From NCBI GenBank assembly GCA_019244185.1, contig JAFATB010000014.1, positions 448,001-512,000 on the forward strand: a stretch of 64,000 bases of DNA, given 5' to 3'. Every line of letters starts with the position of its first letter. Within the stretch, counting starts at the first letter, position 1. The translations under genes were made by a program, and so were the position numbers. This document shows, piece after piece, positions 1 to 10,044 of this stretch. The DNA comes from Acidobacteriota bacterium. Lineage in GTDB: Bacteria > Acidobacteriota > Thermoanaerobaculia > Gp7-AA8. The notes under the pieces are model-generated. The model saw only the letters and a list, made by a program, of their open reading frames with translations. It was not told where the DNA came from and made no database searches.

Positions 1-485
1 GGCGACGGCAGCTCGACTTCGAGGTATGCCGCGGTCGCCTGGCCGTAGCATTCGGTGCTCAGCGCTCCGGCGTAAACATCGAACAGCGCGTGGACTCTCT
101 GGCCGAGCATCACGTCAGGGTCGGCGACGACGGGACGTTGTGGCGTACGTAACCGGGGCAGCTTGCGCCAGCTGTCCGCGCGCAACGGTGTGCCCGAGCC
201 TGCGAGCCGGAACGCTGCCCGATTGATGCTCCACGTGTACACCGGCTCGTCCGGTTCCAGCGTGAGCAGTGCCGGAATGCGTGGCGGATCGCCGTCGAGA
301 TCCGCCTGCGCGATCGTGAGCCTCGGGAAGTGATGAGGGATGTCGTCGAACCATTCATCGGATCGTTTCTGCGGGAGCAGAACACGATGGGGGATCTCGC
401 CGAGCGGCCATTCGCCTTCGTCTTGTGGCCATTCTTCTCGATTGAAGTGCGTGCAGATGCCGATGAACTTCACTGTGATCGCCAC
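1..485 (-). CDS. Hypothetical protein, 3'-truncated by the window edge (MAITVKFIGICTHF...HRVLLP...HHFPRLTI...); third gene of the sigma-CHAT operon
   Basis: Not in the ORF track because there is no stop codon inside the window. GGAGGAGG RBS directly after the CHAT gene stop, GTG at 485, frame open to base 1, lower GC than its neighbours. Confidence 0.8.
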   Translation of the reverse strand, partial: MAITVKFIGICTHFNREEWPQDEGEWPLGEIPHRVLLPQKRSDEWFDDIPHHFPRLTIAQADLDGDPPRIPALLTLEPDEPVYTWSINRAAFRLAGSGTPLRADSWRKLPRLRTPQRPVVADPDVMLGQRVHALFDVYAGALSTECYGQATAAYLEVELPS

Positions 486-499
486 AACCTCCTCCTTTC

Positions 500-3400
500 C
501 TAAGGCACGTGATTCGTGAGCAGCGCGAGGCTTTGCCAGCCGCGCAATCGTTGGCGTTGCACTTCGCGCAGCGCGTCGATGGGGGCGACGCCGCGTTGGA
601 GCTCGCGATGGAGTTCGAGGAACAGCGCGTGCGCGTCGGCGTCGGCGACCGGCGTGAGCGTGCCGATGACGTCGCGGGCGCCGGCGGCGGCGAAGGCGGC
701 GCCGAGGCTGAGCGCGCGGGCGTCGGCGGCATCGGGCGCGCGCAGGGTGTTGCAGCCGGCGAGGACGACGAGCTGCGCGCGGATCGGCGTCGACGCGATC
801 GAGGCGGCGTGGACGCGGCGTCCGGCGAAGACGAGCGCGGCGCCATCGTCGGGCTCCTCCGCGGTGTGGCCGGCGAGATGGACGACGTCGGCGTGTGAGG
901 CGGCGTCGACGAACGCGGGAAACGTCGCGCGGCTCGCCTCGACTTCGACCACGTTCGCGTAGAGCGGCCGCAGCTCCGCGATCTCGTTCGCCGCGCCGGG
1001 CAATGCGGCGAATCCCGTTCCGGCGCCGCTCGGGAGCATCACGGCAGCGAGCGAATGCGCGACGCGCGGCGGCGTATTCGGCTGCAGATCGCTCGCGCGT
1101 GCGGCGCGCGCGACGGCGACGCGTTCGACGAGCGCGTGTTGATGCGCATCCTCCAGCGCGGCGAACGGCGTCGTGTCGAGCGGCGGCTCGGCGACGAAGA
1201 CGACCGCGCGGCTCGCGTCGAGCGCGTGCGAGAACGGCCGCACCGCGACGTCGTAGAGATGCTCGCGATCGCCGCGCGCGACATCGAACGAGCTCGCGGT
1301 CACGCAGAACGCGACCACTTCCCGCGGCAGCAGCGCGAGCTCGATGACGGCGGTGTTGCTGCCGCGCAGCCGAGCCTGCAGCGTGACGACGTCGATGTTG
1401 CCGGAGCGCGCTTTCTCCGCGAGCGCGAACGCGCGCTGCCGATCGTCGCGCGCGAGCGCGAGAGCGATCGCCTCGTCGAACAGCGCGTCGCCCGCATCGA
1501 GGACGCCCGTGCCGACGATCGAGCCGGCGACGCGGATCGGATGTCGCGCGAGCGCGGCGATACCGTCGTCGAGATCGCGCGCCGCTCCCGCCGTATCGCC
1601 GCGCGTCATCGCGTTCCTCGCGCGCAGCAGCAGCGCCTCGGGCAGATAGAGCGGCAACGCGCGCGCGCGATACGTCTCGATCGCGCGCGTCAGCGGCGTC
1701 GCCGCATCGCCGCGCAGCGCGAGCGACACCGCGCCGTCGGCGAAATCGACGTCGGCGAGCGCGCGCGCACGCCGCGCGGCGTCGGCGATCCGCGCGGCGG
1801 CGGACGCGGCCTCGCGGACGATGGTCGTCGCCGAGGAATCGCCGAGGCGCGACGCGAGCACGGCCTGGCGCACGAGCGCGTCGGCGACGAGCGCGTCGTC
1901 GCCGGTGTCGCGATCGGCGTCGAGCTCGAGGGCGAGCAGCGCGCGCGCCGGGTCGAGGTGTCCGGCGCGCAGGTCCATGCGGCTCGCGTCGCCGAGGCTC
2001 ACGGCGAGATTGATCGCTTGCCCCTGGGTGCCGAGCGCCGCGAACGAGCGGATGCGCGCCGCCCACGACGCGTCGCGGCGGCCGAGCGACGCGAGCGCAT
2101 CGGCGAGCAGCGCGTCGGCGAACGCCGCGTTGCCGCGTTCGCCGAGGCGATGAAACGCGGACTGCGCGGAATCGAGCAGCGGCTCCGCGCCGCTCCAGTC
2201 GCCGTCGGTCATCGCCGCGAGTCCGAGCTGCCGCTCGACTTGCGCGCGCATCGCCGGATACGCGGGCGGAAGCTCGTCGCGCAACGCGGCGAGCTCCGCG
2301 CGCGCGTCCTGCTGCTGATCGAACGCGGCGCATGCGGCGAAGAGCCGCGCGACGAACGCCATCGGACTGTGCGCGGCTGCGAACGCGCTTGCGGCGCGGC
2401 GCAGTTCCGGCTCGGCATCGCGCGGCTGGCCGCGGCTGTAGACGATGCGCGCGCGGCGATACGTCGCATGCGCGTCGGCGAGTGCGCGCCGTTCGTCGGC
2501 ATTCGCGCGATCGATCGTCGCGACCGCATCGCGCAGGAGTTGCTCGCCTGATTGCGCGGCGATTGCGTTGCCGGACGCGCGGGCGAGCGCGAGCGCGTCG
2601 TCCGCGGCGCGCGTGTCGCCGTGCAGCAGCGCATCCGCCCACTGGCCAAGCCATTCCGCCTCGCCCCACGTGCGGCACTCCTGCGGGAACTCCGCGACGA
2701 ACGCGCGCACCGCGGCGTCGTCGTGCGCGGCGACCGCGCGCGCGAAACGCGGCAGCTCGCGGCGGAAGCGCGACGTGTCGCTCTCGCGCGGCGCGCGCCG
2801 CAAGTGTTCGCGCGCTTCGTTGGCCCACGGCGACGAAGGATCGGCGTCGACGTAACGCTGCCACGCGCGGGCCGCCTCGTTCGCGAGGCCGAGGTGCTCG
2901 AGGATCAGCGCGCGGTTGAAGAGCGCGGGCACGAAACGCGCGTTCACGCGCAGCGCGCGATCGGCGGACGCGAGCGCCTCGCTGAAGAGTGACGTGTGTC
3001 CTTGCGCGGTCGCGGCGGCGTCCTGCGCCGCGGCGAGGTCGCTCCAGATCGCGGGATCGTTCGGCGCGTGTTCGACGGCCGCGCGCAGACGCGCGATCGC
3101 CGCGGACGGATCGTCGACGACGAGCATGGCCACGCCGGCCGCGTGTTGTGCGTCCGCCGACGGCGCGCGCTCGGCGGTTTCGTTCAGTTCGCCGGCGAGG
3201 CCGATGAGCTTCATCGACGCGGTGTCGCGACGCGTCGACGGTCCGCGCTCGGGGCCGCGATACGGCGCCCACGGGAACGCGCCGGAGAGGCGCGCCTCGA
3301 CCGGACGCGCGTCACGCGGCAGCAGCGCGGCGATGCGCGCGAGCGGCGCGCGGCGTTGCAGCGCGTACGGCACCGTCACCAGCAGCGCGAGCATCGCCGC

Positions 3401-3607
3401 CGCGGCGACGGCGAGCCACCAGCGATTCGTCGCCGGCGGCTGCGCGGTGATGCCCTCCTCGTGAAAGGCCTCGTTCGCCGCGTCGATGGTCGCGCGGCAT
3501 TCGGCGCAGCCGTCGAGGTGCGCGACCACGGTCTGCAGTTCGGCGCGCGTCAGCCGGCCTTCGACGAAGGCGGCGAGCGTTCCGGGTGGCGGGTGCGGCG
3601 TCGTCAC
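500..3607 (-). CDS. zf-HC2 anti-sigma / TM / TPR / CHAT (caspase-like) domain protein
   Basis: GTG overlaps the sigma stop (GTGA). HLDGCAEC zinc motif, TM helix WWLAVAAAAMLALLV, TPR-like repeats (ALFNRALILEHLG), CHAT dyad motifs HLAGH and VLAGC. Confidence 0.9.
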   Translation of the reverse strand: MTTPHPPPGTLAAFVEGRLTRAELQTVVAHLDGCAECRATIDAANEAFHEEGITAQPPATNRWWLAVAAAAMLALLVTVPYALQRRAPLARIAALLPRDARPVEARLSGAFPWAPYRGPERGPSTRRDTASMKLIGLAGELNETAERAPSADAQHAAGVAMLVVDDPSAAIARLRAAVEHAPNDPAIWSDLAAAQDAAATAQGHTSLFSEALASADRALRVNARFVPALFNRALILEHLGLANEAARAWQRYVDADPSSPWANEAREHLRRAPRESDTSRFRRELPRFARAVAAHDDAAVRAFVAEFPQECRTWGEAEWLGQWADALLHGDTRAADDALALARASGNAIAAQSGEQLLRDAVATIDRANADERRALADAHATYRRARIVYSRGQPRDAEPELRRAASAFAAAHSPMAFVARLFAACAAFDQQQDARAELAALRDELPPAYPAMRAQVERQLGLAAMTDGDWSGAEPLLDSAQSAFHRLGERGNAAFADALLADALASLGRRDASWAARIRSFAALGTQGQAINLAVSLGDASRMDLRAGHLDPARALLALELDADRDTGDDALVADALVRQAVLASRLGDSSATTIVREAASAAARIADAARRARALADVDFADGAVSLALRGDAATPLTRAIETYRARALPLYLPEALLLRARNAMTRGDTAGAARDLDDGIAALARHPIRVAGSIVGTGVLDAGDALFDEAIALALARDDRQRAFALAEKARSGNIDVVTLQARLRGSNTAVIELALLPREVVAFCVTASSFDVARGDREHLYDVAVRPFSHALDASRAVVFVAEPPLDTTPFAALEDAHQHALVERVAVARAARASDLQPNTPPRVAHSLAAVMLPSGAGTGFAALPGAANEIAELRPLYANVVEVEASRATFPAFVDAASHADVVHLAGHTAEEPDDGAALVFAGRRVHAASIASTPIRAQLVVLAGCNTLRAPDAADARALSLGAAFAAAGARDVIGTLTPVADADAHALFLELHRELQRGVAPIDALREVQRQRLRGWQSLALLTNHVP

Positions 3608-4434
3608 GTGCGAGACTCTCCTTCCGACTTGGACTGCCGCGGCGGCTCCGGTTTCCCGAGGCCGAGGTCGGGCGCGTCGATCGTCTCGAGCGCGTCGAAG
3701 AGCGTGGCGGCGTCGATGGACGCGGCTTCGAGCGCCTTGCGCAGCCGCGCGAGCAACGCTTCCTGACGGCGATACAGCGGCCGCTGCGGCACGCGCAGCA
3801 TGCGCGAGACGTCGGCGATGCTGACGTTCGAGCCGAAGCGCAATCGGATCAGCACGCGATCTTCCGGCGGCCACGACTCCATCGCCGCGCGGATCGCGTG
3901 CGCCGCGCGCGCGGCGGTGCGCGACGCGTCGCGGGCGAGAGCGCGCGCGTCGGCGGTGTCGGGCGCGGCGACGGCGACCCCATCGTCTTCGAGCACGACC
4001 GCGCGCATGCGCGGCGCGCGCTGCGGCAGGCGCGCGACGAGCGCCTCGAGTCCGGCGCGCGTGAGCTCGGGCTCGAGTCCGCGCGCGAGCGGCAGCACTT
4101 CATCGAGCGGACGGCGGTCGCGCAGGACCAGCGTTTCGACGAGCACCGCGGCCGCGCCGAGGCGCCGTGCTTCCGCCGACGGATGCCAGCGCCCGGTGTC
4201 GTGGATGCGCTGATCGAACAGCATCCGCTGCATGACCACGGTGAGATACGTCGCCACCGACGAACGCTCCTCGAACGCGCGCAGCGCCGCGTAGTCGCTC
4301 TCGATCATCGCCACCTTCACGTCGGACGCAAAATCCTCCGCGTCCGCGTCGGAGAGTCCCGCGCGGCGGCAGAGGCGTACGGCAATCCGGTCGATCAGCG
4401 GCAGCTGCTCCCGAAAGAGCTCCGCGGCTTCCAT
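3604..4434 (-). CDS. ECF-type RNA polymerase sigma-70 factor
   Basis: Region 2 (DAEDFASDV...ATYLTVVMQRMLFDQR) and region 4 HTH (EDRVLIRLRF...SIADVSRML...LYRR). Confidence 0.85.
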   Translation of the reverse strand: MEAAELFREQLPLIDRIAVRLCRRAGLSDADAEDFASDVKVAMIESDYAALRAFEERSSVATYLTVVMQRMLFDQRIHDTGRWHPSAEARRLGAAAVLVETLVLRDRRPLDEVLPLARGLEPELTRAGLEALVARLPQRAPRMRAVVLEDDGVAVAAPDTADARALARDASRTAARAAHAIRAAMESWPPEDRVLIRLRFGSNVSIADVSRMLRVPQRPLYRRQEALLARLRKALEAASIDAATLFDALETIDAPDLGLGKPEPPRQSKSEGESRT

Positions 4435-4516
4435 GGGCGTGAACGAAGTGTACGCGGAAGGGTGGAGAGATGGCAGGGTGTCGAGGTGTCCGGCCGAGCT
4501 CGGCTACCATTCGCTC

Positions 4517-5860
4517 ATGGCGGAACAGAACGGCGCGCGTTATCCGATCGGACGAATCATCTTCGCCTCCGGCCTCGGCACGATGATCGAGTGGTACGAC
4601 TTCTACATCTTCGGCAGCCTGGCCGTGGTCATGTCCGAGCTGATGTTCCCGTCGGGCAATCCGGCGTGGGCGCTCATCAAGACGTGGGCGCTCTTCGCCA
4701 CCGGCTTCATCGTGCGGCCGTTCGGCGCGATCGTGTTCGGGCGCATCGGCGATCGCGTCGGCCGCAAGTACGCGTTCATGGTCACGCTCACGATCATGGG
4801 GCTCTCGACGTTCCTCATCGGCCTGCTGCCGACGTACGCGACCATCGGCGCGCTCGCGCCGGCGATCCTGCTCGTGCTGCGCCTTCTGCAGGGACTCGCG
4901 CTCGGCGGCGAGTACGGCGGCGCGGCGGTGTACGTCGCCGAGCACGTGCCCGATCGGAAGCGCGGCTACTACACGAGCTTCATCCAGATCACTGCCACGC
5001 TCGGCCTTTTCGTCTCGCTCGGCGTCGTGCTGGCGGTGAAGAAGTCGATGACGGACGCGGACTTCAAGGCGTGGGGCTGGCGCGTGCCGTTCCTGCTGTC
5101 GCTCGTACTCGTGGCGATGTCGTTCTACATTCGGATGAAGCTGCAGGAGTCGCCGCTGTTCCAGAGCATCAAGTCGCAGGGGAAGGCGTCGCTCGCGCCG
5201 CTCATGGAGAGCTTCGGCAACTGGAAGAATGTTCGCCTCGTGCTGCTGGTGCTTCTCGGCGCGACGGCGGGGCAGGGCGTGGTCTGGTACACGGGGCAGT
5301 TCTACGCGCTGTCGTTTCTGCAGACGGTGCTGAAGTTCGATCTCGTGACGGCGAGCGTCATCGTCGCGATCGCGCTCGCGCTGGCGATGCCGTTCTTCGT
5401 CGTGTTCGGCGCGCTCTCCGATCGCATCGGGCGGCTGAAGGTGATGATGGCCGGCAATCTCCTCGCCGCGCTGACGTACATCCCGATCTATCACGCGATG
5501 AAGACGTATGGTGATCCGCGGCATCCGAATCTCACGATGCTCGTTTTGCTCGTCTTCGTGCAGGTGCTGTACGTGACCATGGTGTACGGACCGATCGCGG
5601 CGTTCCTGATCGAAGCGTTCCCGGCGCGCGTGCGCTACACCTCGTTCTCGCTTCCGTATCACCTCGGCAACGGCTGGTTCGGCGGGACGCTGCCTCTCAT
5701 CGCCGGCGTGCTCGTCGCGCGCACGGGCAACATCTACGCGGGGCTGTACTGGTCCGTCGGCATCGCGCTGATGACGTTCCTCGTCGGCTCGTTCGCGCTG
5801 AACGAGAGCCATCGCGTGCGCATCTGGGACGAGGCGCACGACGCGGTGCGGCCGGTTTGA
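4517..5860 (+). CDS. MFS transporter, MHS (metabolite:H+ symporter) family
   Basis: GTMIEWYDFY, GRIGDRVGRK and LQGLALGGEYGG motifs; about 12 TM helices. Confidence 0.95.
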   Translation: MAEQNGARYPIGRIIFASGLGTMIEWYDFYIFGSLAVVMSELMFPSGNPAWALIKTWALFATGFIVRPFGAIVFGRIGDRVGRKYAFMVTLTIMGLSTFLIGLLPTYATIGALAPAILLVLRLLQGLALGGEYGGAAVYVAEHVPDRKRGYYTSFIQITATLGLFVSLGVVLAVKKSMTDADFKAWGWRVPFLLSLVLVAMSFYIRMKLQESPLFQSIKSQGKASLAPLMESFGNWKNVRLVLLVLLGATAGQGVVWYTGQFYALSFLQTVLKFDLVTASVIVAIALALAMPFFVVFGALSDRIGRLKVMMAGNLLAALTYIPIYHAMKTYGDPRHPNLTMLVLLVFVQVLYVTMVYGPIAAFLIEAFPARVRYTSFSLPYHLGNGWFGGTLPLIAGVLVARTGNIYAGLYWSVGIALMTFLVGSFALNESHRVRIWDEAHDAVRPV

Positions 5861-5871
5861 CGTCAGGTTCC

Positions 5872-6333
5872 CTAGACCGTGCCGCTGCGCTGATCGCCGA
5901 GGTAGTCGCGGACGGCGGAGGCGTCGCGCGGGGAGTAGAGGTAGCGGGTCCACGCCATCTGCTCGTGCAGCACGGCCCCGAGCTCCCACACGCAATACGT
6001 GCCCTTGTGCGTGCCCTGCGGGAACAGCGCGAACGGCTCGTCGCCCTCTTTCGCGTAGACGGTCTCCCACAGCTCGTTCGCGTTGCGCCAGGTGCAGACG
6101 ATGAGGAAGTAGAAGCTGCCGCCGCAGCGATGCAGGATGACGAAGCCGAGGTCGCCGCGGACGTCGAGGCGTCCCGAGTCCGCCTCGGCGCAGAGGAACT
6201 CGCGCGCCGATTCGCGCAGCGCGGGATCGATCGAGCCGGCGTCGCGCTCGAGGTCGTACCACTTCAGATGCGCGCCGTTCGCGACGAGCTCCTCGCGCGG
6301 CGTGAGCTGCTTCGGGTAATGCGTGTATTCCAT
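5872..6333 (-). CDS. Conserved hypothetical protein (GFVILH...CTWRNANELWE...CVWELG...HE...W)
   Basis: Protein-like C-terminal part of ORF 5872..6840; ATG at 6333 preceded by a TACGAT -10-like hexamer. Confidence 0.75.
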   Translation of the reverse strand: MEYTHYPKQLTPREELVANGAHLKWYDLERDAGSIDPALRESAREFLCAEADSGRLDVRGDLGFVILHRCGGSFYFLIVCTWRNANELWETVYAKEGDEPFALFPQGTHKGTYCVWELGAVLHEQMAWTRYLYSPRDASAVRDYLGDQRSGTV

Positions 6334-6384
6334 GCGCGCATCGTAAAGAGTTTTCGCGCGGCGCGTCGAGGCGTCTAAACGGAC

Positions 6385-7074
6385 ATGGACATGAGCGTCG
6401 CGAGCGTCTGCGTCAATCGTCTGGTGTTCGTCCAACTGACGATCGTGGGTCTGCTGCTGTATCCGCTGGTGCTGCTGATGCTGCGGCGGCGCAATGGCCC
6501 GATCGGCGCATCGGTGCTGCCGGCGACGCTCGTGCCGCTGTTCGTCGGCCTCGGCGGAGCGTGGCTCACGCTGTTGAACGTGATGGGAGGCATCGCGGCC
6601 AGCGGGCGTCACAGCATCCTGGTCGTCGCCGCGGGCGTGGCGTCGGCGCTGGCGCTCGTCGTCTACGGCGGCGCGATCTCTTGTCTGGTGAGCGTCACGA
6701 TGTGCGTCTTCGGCCTCCGCACGCGCGCGGACGCCGGCGCGCCGGTAGCGCGCGGCGCGCGAATCGCCGCGCTGGCGACGGTCGCGCTGTTCATCGCCGT
6801 CGCGGGTACGTTCGCGTTCGCCGTGCGCGCGTTCCTCCATGTGACCACACGCCTGCCGATCTGGCCGTACGCGCCGTTGTTCGAAGCGGGATTCGCGTAC
6901 GCCGGCGCGCTCGCGTCGTTCGTCTGGTTCGTCGTCGCGCAGCGGCGCCCAGCCGCGCAGTTGCAGCTGGGACGGCTTGCGATCGCGGGCGCGTGCGCGA
7001 TCGGCTGCGCGATGCTCACCGGGGCGGCGTGGGCGTCGATGAAGATGTTCGCGTCGATTGCAATGTTCGGATAG
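6385..7074 (+). CDS. Hypothetical multi-pass membrane protein
   Basis: About 6 hydrophobic segments; 3' end overlaps the convergent S41 gene by about 59 bp. Confidence 0.7.
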   Translation: MDMSVASVCVNRLVFVQLTIVGLLLYPLVLLMLRRRNGPIGASVLPATLVPLFVGLGGAWLTLLNVMGGIAASGRHSILVVAAGVASALALVVYGGAISCLVSVTMCVFGLRTRADAGAPVARGARIAALATVALFIAVAGTFAFAVRAFLHVTTRLPIWPYAPLFEAGFAYAGALASFVWFVVAQRRPAAQLQLGRLAIAGACAIGCAMLTGAAWASMKMFASIAMFG

Positions 7075-9967
7075 CGGCGTCGAGCTGCGCGTCGGCGTCG
7101 CTCGCCGGATCGCGTTCGACCGCGACGTCCGGCTCGAGTCCGTGACCTTCGAGCAGCCAGCCGCTCTCGTCGTAGAACGGCGCGTTCGGCACGTTCACCG
7201 CGCCGCCGTCGATGAGCGCGGGCGCGCCGTTGAGTCCCGTGAGGCCGCCCCACGTGCGCGAGCCGACGATCGGACCGATGCCGAGCTTGCGGAAGTAGTA
7301 CGAGAAGTTCTCGCCCGCGGAGACGGTGATGTGATTGACGAGGAGCGCCTTCGCGCCCGCGTGCACGCCGAAGCGCGGCGACGGCCACGGCTGGTTGTAG
7401 CGGCCGGCGGCGAAGTTGAGGTCGCGGCGCGCGAGCAGTTCGGCGACCGCCGCGCCGGTCGAGCCGCCGAGGCTCCAGCGCGCGTCGATGATGAGCGCGT
7501 CCTTGTCGAGCTGCGCGTAGAACTGCCGCGCGAGATCGCCGTAGCCGGCGTTCGTGAAGTCGGGGATGTGCACGTAGCCGATGCGGCCGCCGCTCGCGTC
7601 GGAGACGTGCCGCCGATTGGCCTCGATCCACGCGCGCCGGCGCAGTTCATTCTCGGATGCGAGCGGCGTGACGGTGAGGACGCGCGACGACGCGTCGACC
7701 GCCGGATTCGGACCGACGGTCAACTGCACGGACTGGTTCGCGCGGCCAACGAGCGCCGCGTGAAGGTCGCGCGCGACGTCGAGCGGTTTGCCGTCGACGG
7801 CGAGCACGTATTCGCCTTCGCGTGCGTCGTGCAACGGTGAGCGCGCGGCGTCGTCGAACGGCGCGCCTTCGACGATGCGCGTGATGCGGAACGCGCCGCG
7901 CTCGACGGTGAAGTCGGCGCCGAGGGTGGCGGCGTCGTCGGGAGGGCGCGGACCGATGTCGCCGCCGCTCGCGATGTACGCGTGGCCGACGGACGACTCG
8001 CCGATCATCGCGGCGAGCACGAGGTTCACTTCCTCGCGGTTGCGGCAGCGCGCGAGCATCGGCTCGTAGCGCGTCGCGACCGCGTCCCAGTGTGCGAGCG
8101 GTTGCTTCGGCGCGTAGAAGAAGTCGCGATACGCGCGCCACGCGTCGCGGAACAGCTCGCGCCATTCGGCGGCAAGGTCGACGTGCATCGTCATCGACGC
8201 CGTGTCGACATGCGGCTGCGAAACGGTGTCGAGGTCCGTGGAGTCATCGGCGACGACGTTCTCTTTCCGCGCGCGGAGGTCGTAGCTGCGCACCGAGCGC
8301 TTGCCGGCGAGATCGACGAGCGCGTAGAGCGGATTGCCATCGGCGGTGACGGAGAGCGCGACGATCGAGCCGGCTGTCGTCGGCAGGCGCAGCGCGCGGC
8401 GTTCGACGGACGGCATGTCGAGCGCGGCGCCGCGCAGCGGCACGTCGACGATCGTGGCCAGTCCCCGATTGATGATGCGGCTCTGGATCCAGTCGGAGGC
8501 GATGTTGCTGAAGTTGCGGTAGCTGAGGAAGAAGAGATGCTCGCCGGTCGCGTCGAACACGGGCGTCGACGCGTTGAAGGCATCGGCGGTGAGCGGCTGC
8601 GACGCGTTCGTCGCGAGGTCGTAGCGCCAGAGTTGGGTGAGGCGATTCGGCGCGGTCTTCGTGTAGGCGAGCCACGCGCCGTCGGGCGACCAGGCGAGCT
8701 CGGTCGGTTCGACGCCCGCGCTCCACGTCTCGCGATCGACGCTCGTCGTGCGGCGCGTGTCGACGTCGAAGATGACGATGGCGCCGGTTTCGTCGGTGAA
8801 CGCGAGCCGTTTGCCGTCGCGGCTCCAGACGGGGCGGTAGCGGAAGCCGCTCGTGAAGCTCGTGAGCGGCTGCGGCGCGGCGTCGCGTTCGAGATCGCGC
8901 ACGTAGAGCTGGTACTCGCCGGTCGCGTCCGACCAGTACGCGACCGCGCGTCCGTCCGGACGCAGCGAGGCCTCGCGCTCGAACGCGCCGCTCGTCGCGG
9001 TGAGATTGCGCGGTGCGGCGTTCGCGCGCGCGATCCAGAGATCGCCGCGTCCTTCGAGCAGCACGACGCCGTTCGCGGCCTGGCGAAACGTGACGAAGCG
9101 GCTCGCGTCGACGTCGCGCACGAGCGGCGTCGCCAGAATCGTGGCGCGCACGACGGACGAGCGTTCGCCGCGCAGCTCGAGCAGCCGCAGCTCGGGGCCG
9201 AGCGCGAAGACGATCGCGTCGGGACCGATCGACGCATCGCGCACGTCGTATTCGGTGAAGTGCGTGACCTGTCGCCGCGCGTGCGTGCGCGTGTCGTACG
9301 CCCAGACGTTGCGCCGTCCTTCGGCGCCTTCGTCGCTCACGTAGTAGAGCGTCGCGCCGTGCCACATCGGCCGCACGTCGCTGCCGGCCCATTCGGTGAT
9401 CCGCCGCGACTCGCGCGTCTGCAGATTGAACAGCCAGAGATCCGGCGCCGCGCCGCCGCGATAGCCCTTCCAGTTCGCGATCAGCTGATGCGACCAGCGC
9501 GGCGTGTACGCGAGCCACGTTCCGCTCGCGTCGAGGGCGCCGTCGGCGCCGAAGGCGAGCGGCAGTGGACGCGGCAGCTCGCCGCGCGGCGACACGGTGA
9601 AGAGCTGCATCTCGATGTGGCTGAACGAGAGCGCGTTCGTCGAGAAGAGCAGACGATCGTCCGCCGTCCACTGGCAGAGCAGTTGTTCCGACGGCAGGAA
9701 CGTCACGCGCGTGGGCACCCCGCCGCGCACCGGCACCGTATAGATGCTGCCGCTCGTGTACGCGAGCGTCGCGCCGTCGGGACTGAAGCGCGCCGACGAT
9801 TTCTCGCCCGGCGTGTTCGTGACGCGCACGGCCGCGCCGCCGCCGCGCGGGACGAGCCACAGTTGTCCCGCCTCGATGAAGGCCACGTGCGTGCGGCTGA
9901 CGGCGGGATCGTGCGGCAGCGCGAGGAGCGGTGCGGCGAGGAAGAGCAGGGCGAACAGAGTTTTCAC
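7016..9967 (-). CDS. Secreted tricorn-like S41 peptidase (beta-propellers + PDZ + S41)
   Basis: Signal peptide; PD40-like repeats (FSPDG, WSPDG); WKGYRGG; RIGYVHIPD; catalytic-region SAGE; GSRTWGG. Confidence 0.9.
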   Translation of the reverse strand: MKTLFALLFLAAPLLALPHDPAVSRTHVAFIEAGQLWLVPRGGGAAVRVTNTPGEKSSARFSPDGATLAYTSGSIYTVPVRGGVPTRVTFLPSEQLLCQWTADDRLLFSTNALSFSHIEMQLFTVSPRGELPRPLPLAFGADGALDASGTWLAYTPRWSHQLIANWKGYRGGAAPDLWLFNLQTRESRRITEWAGSDVRPMWHGATLYYVSDEGAEGRRNVWAYDTRTHARRQVTHFTEYDVRDASIGPDAIVFALGPELRLLELRGERSSVVRATILATPLVRDVDASRFVTFRQAANGVVLLEGRGDLWIARANAAPRNLTATSGAFEREASLRPDGRAVAYWSDATGEYQLYVRDLERDAAPQPLTSFTSGFRYRPVWSRDGKRLAFTDETGAIVIFDVDTRRTTSVDRETWSAGVEPTELAWSPDGAWLAYTKTAPNRLTQLWRYDLATNASQPLTADAFNASTPVFDATGEHLFFLSYRNFSNIASDWIQSRIINRGLATIVDVPLRGAALDMPSVERRALRLPTTAGSIVALSVTADGNPLYALVDLAGKRSVRSYDLRARKENVVADDSTDLDTVSQPHVDTASMTMHVDLAAEWRELFRDAWRAYRDFFYAPKQPLAHWDAVATRYEPMLARCRNREEVNLVLAAMIGESSVGHAYIASGGDIGPRPPDDAATLGADFTVERGAFRITRIVEGAPFDDAARSPLHDAREGEYVLAVDGKPLDVARDLHAALVGRANQSVQLTVGPNPAVDASSRVLTVTPLASENELRRRAWIEANRRHVSDASGGRIGYVHIPDFTNAGYGDLARQFYAQLDKDALIIDARWSLGGSTGAAVAELLARRDLNFAAGRYNQPWPSPRFGVHAGAKALLVNHITVSAGENFSYYFRKLGIGPIVGSRTWGGLTGLNGAPALIDGGAVNVPNAPFYDESGWLLEGHGLEPDVAVERDPASDADAQLDAAIRTLQSTRTSSSTPTPPR

Positions 9968-10044
9968 GCCGCGCACCGTACGGAATGAAGTTCGCGTCGC
10001 GATAGAACGCGCTTAAGGCGCTGGAACGCGTTGCGCGCGGCGCG

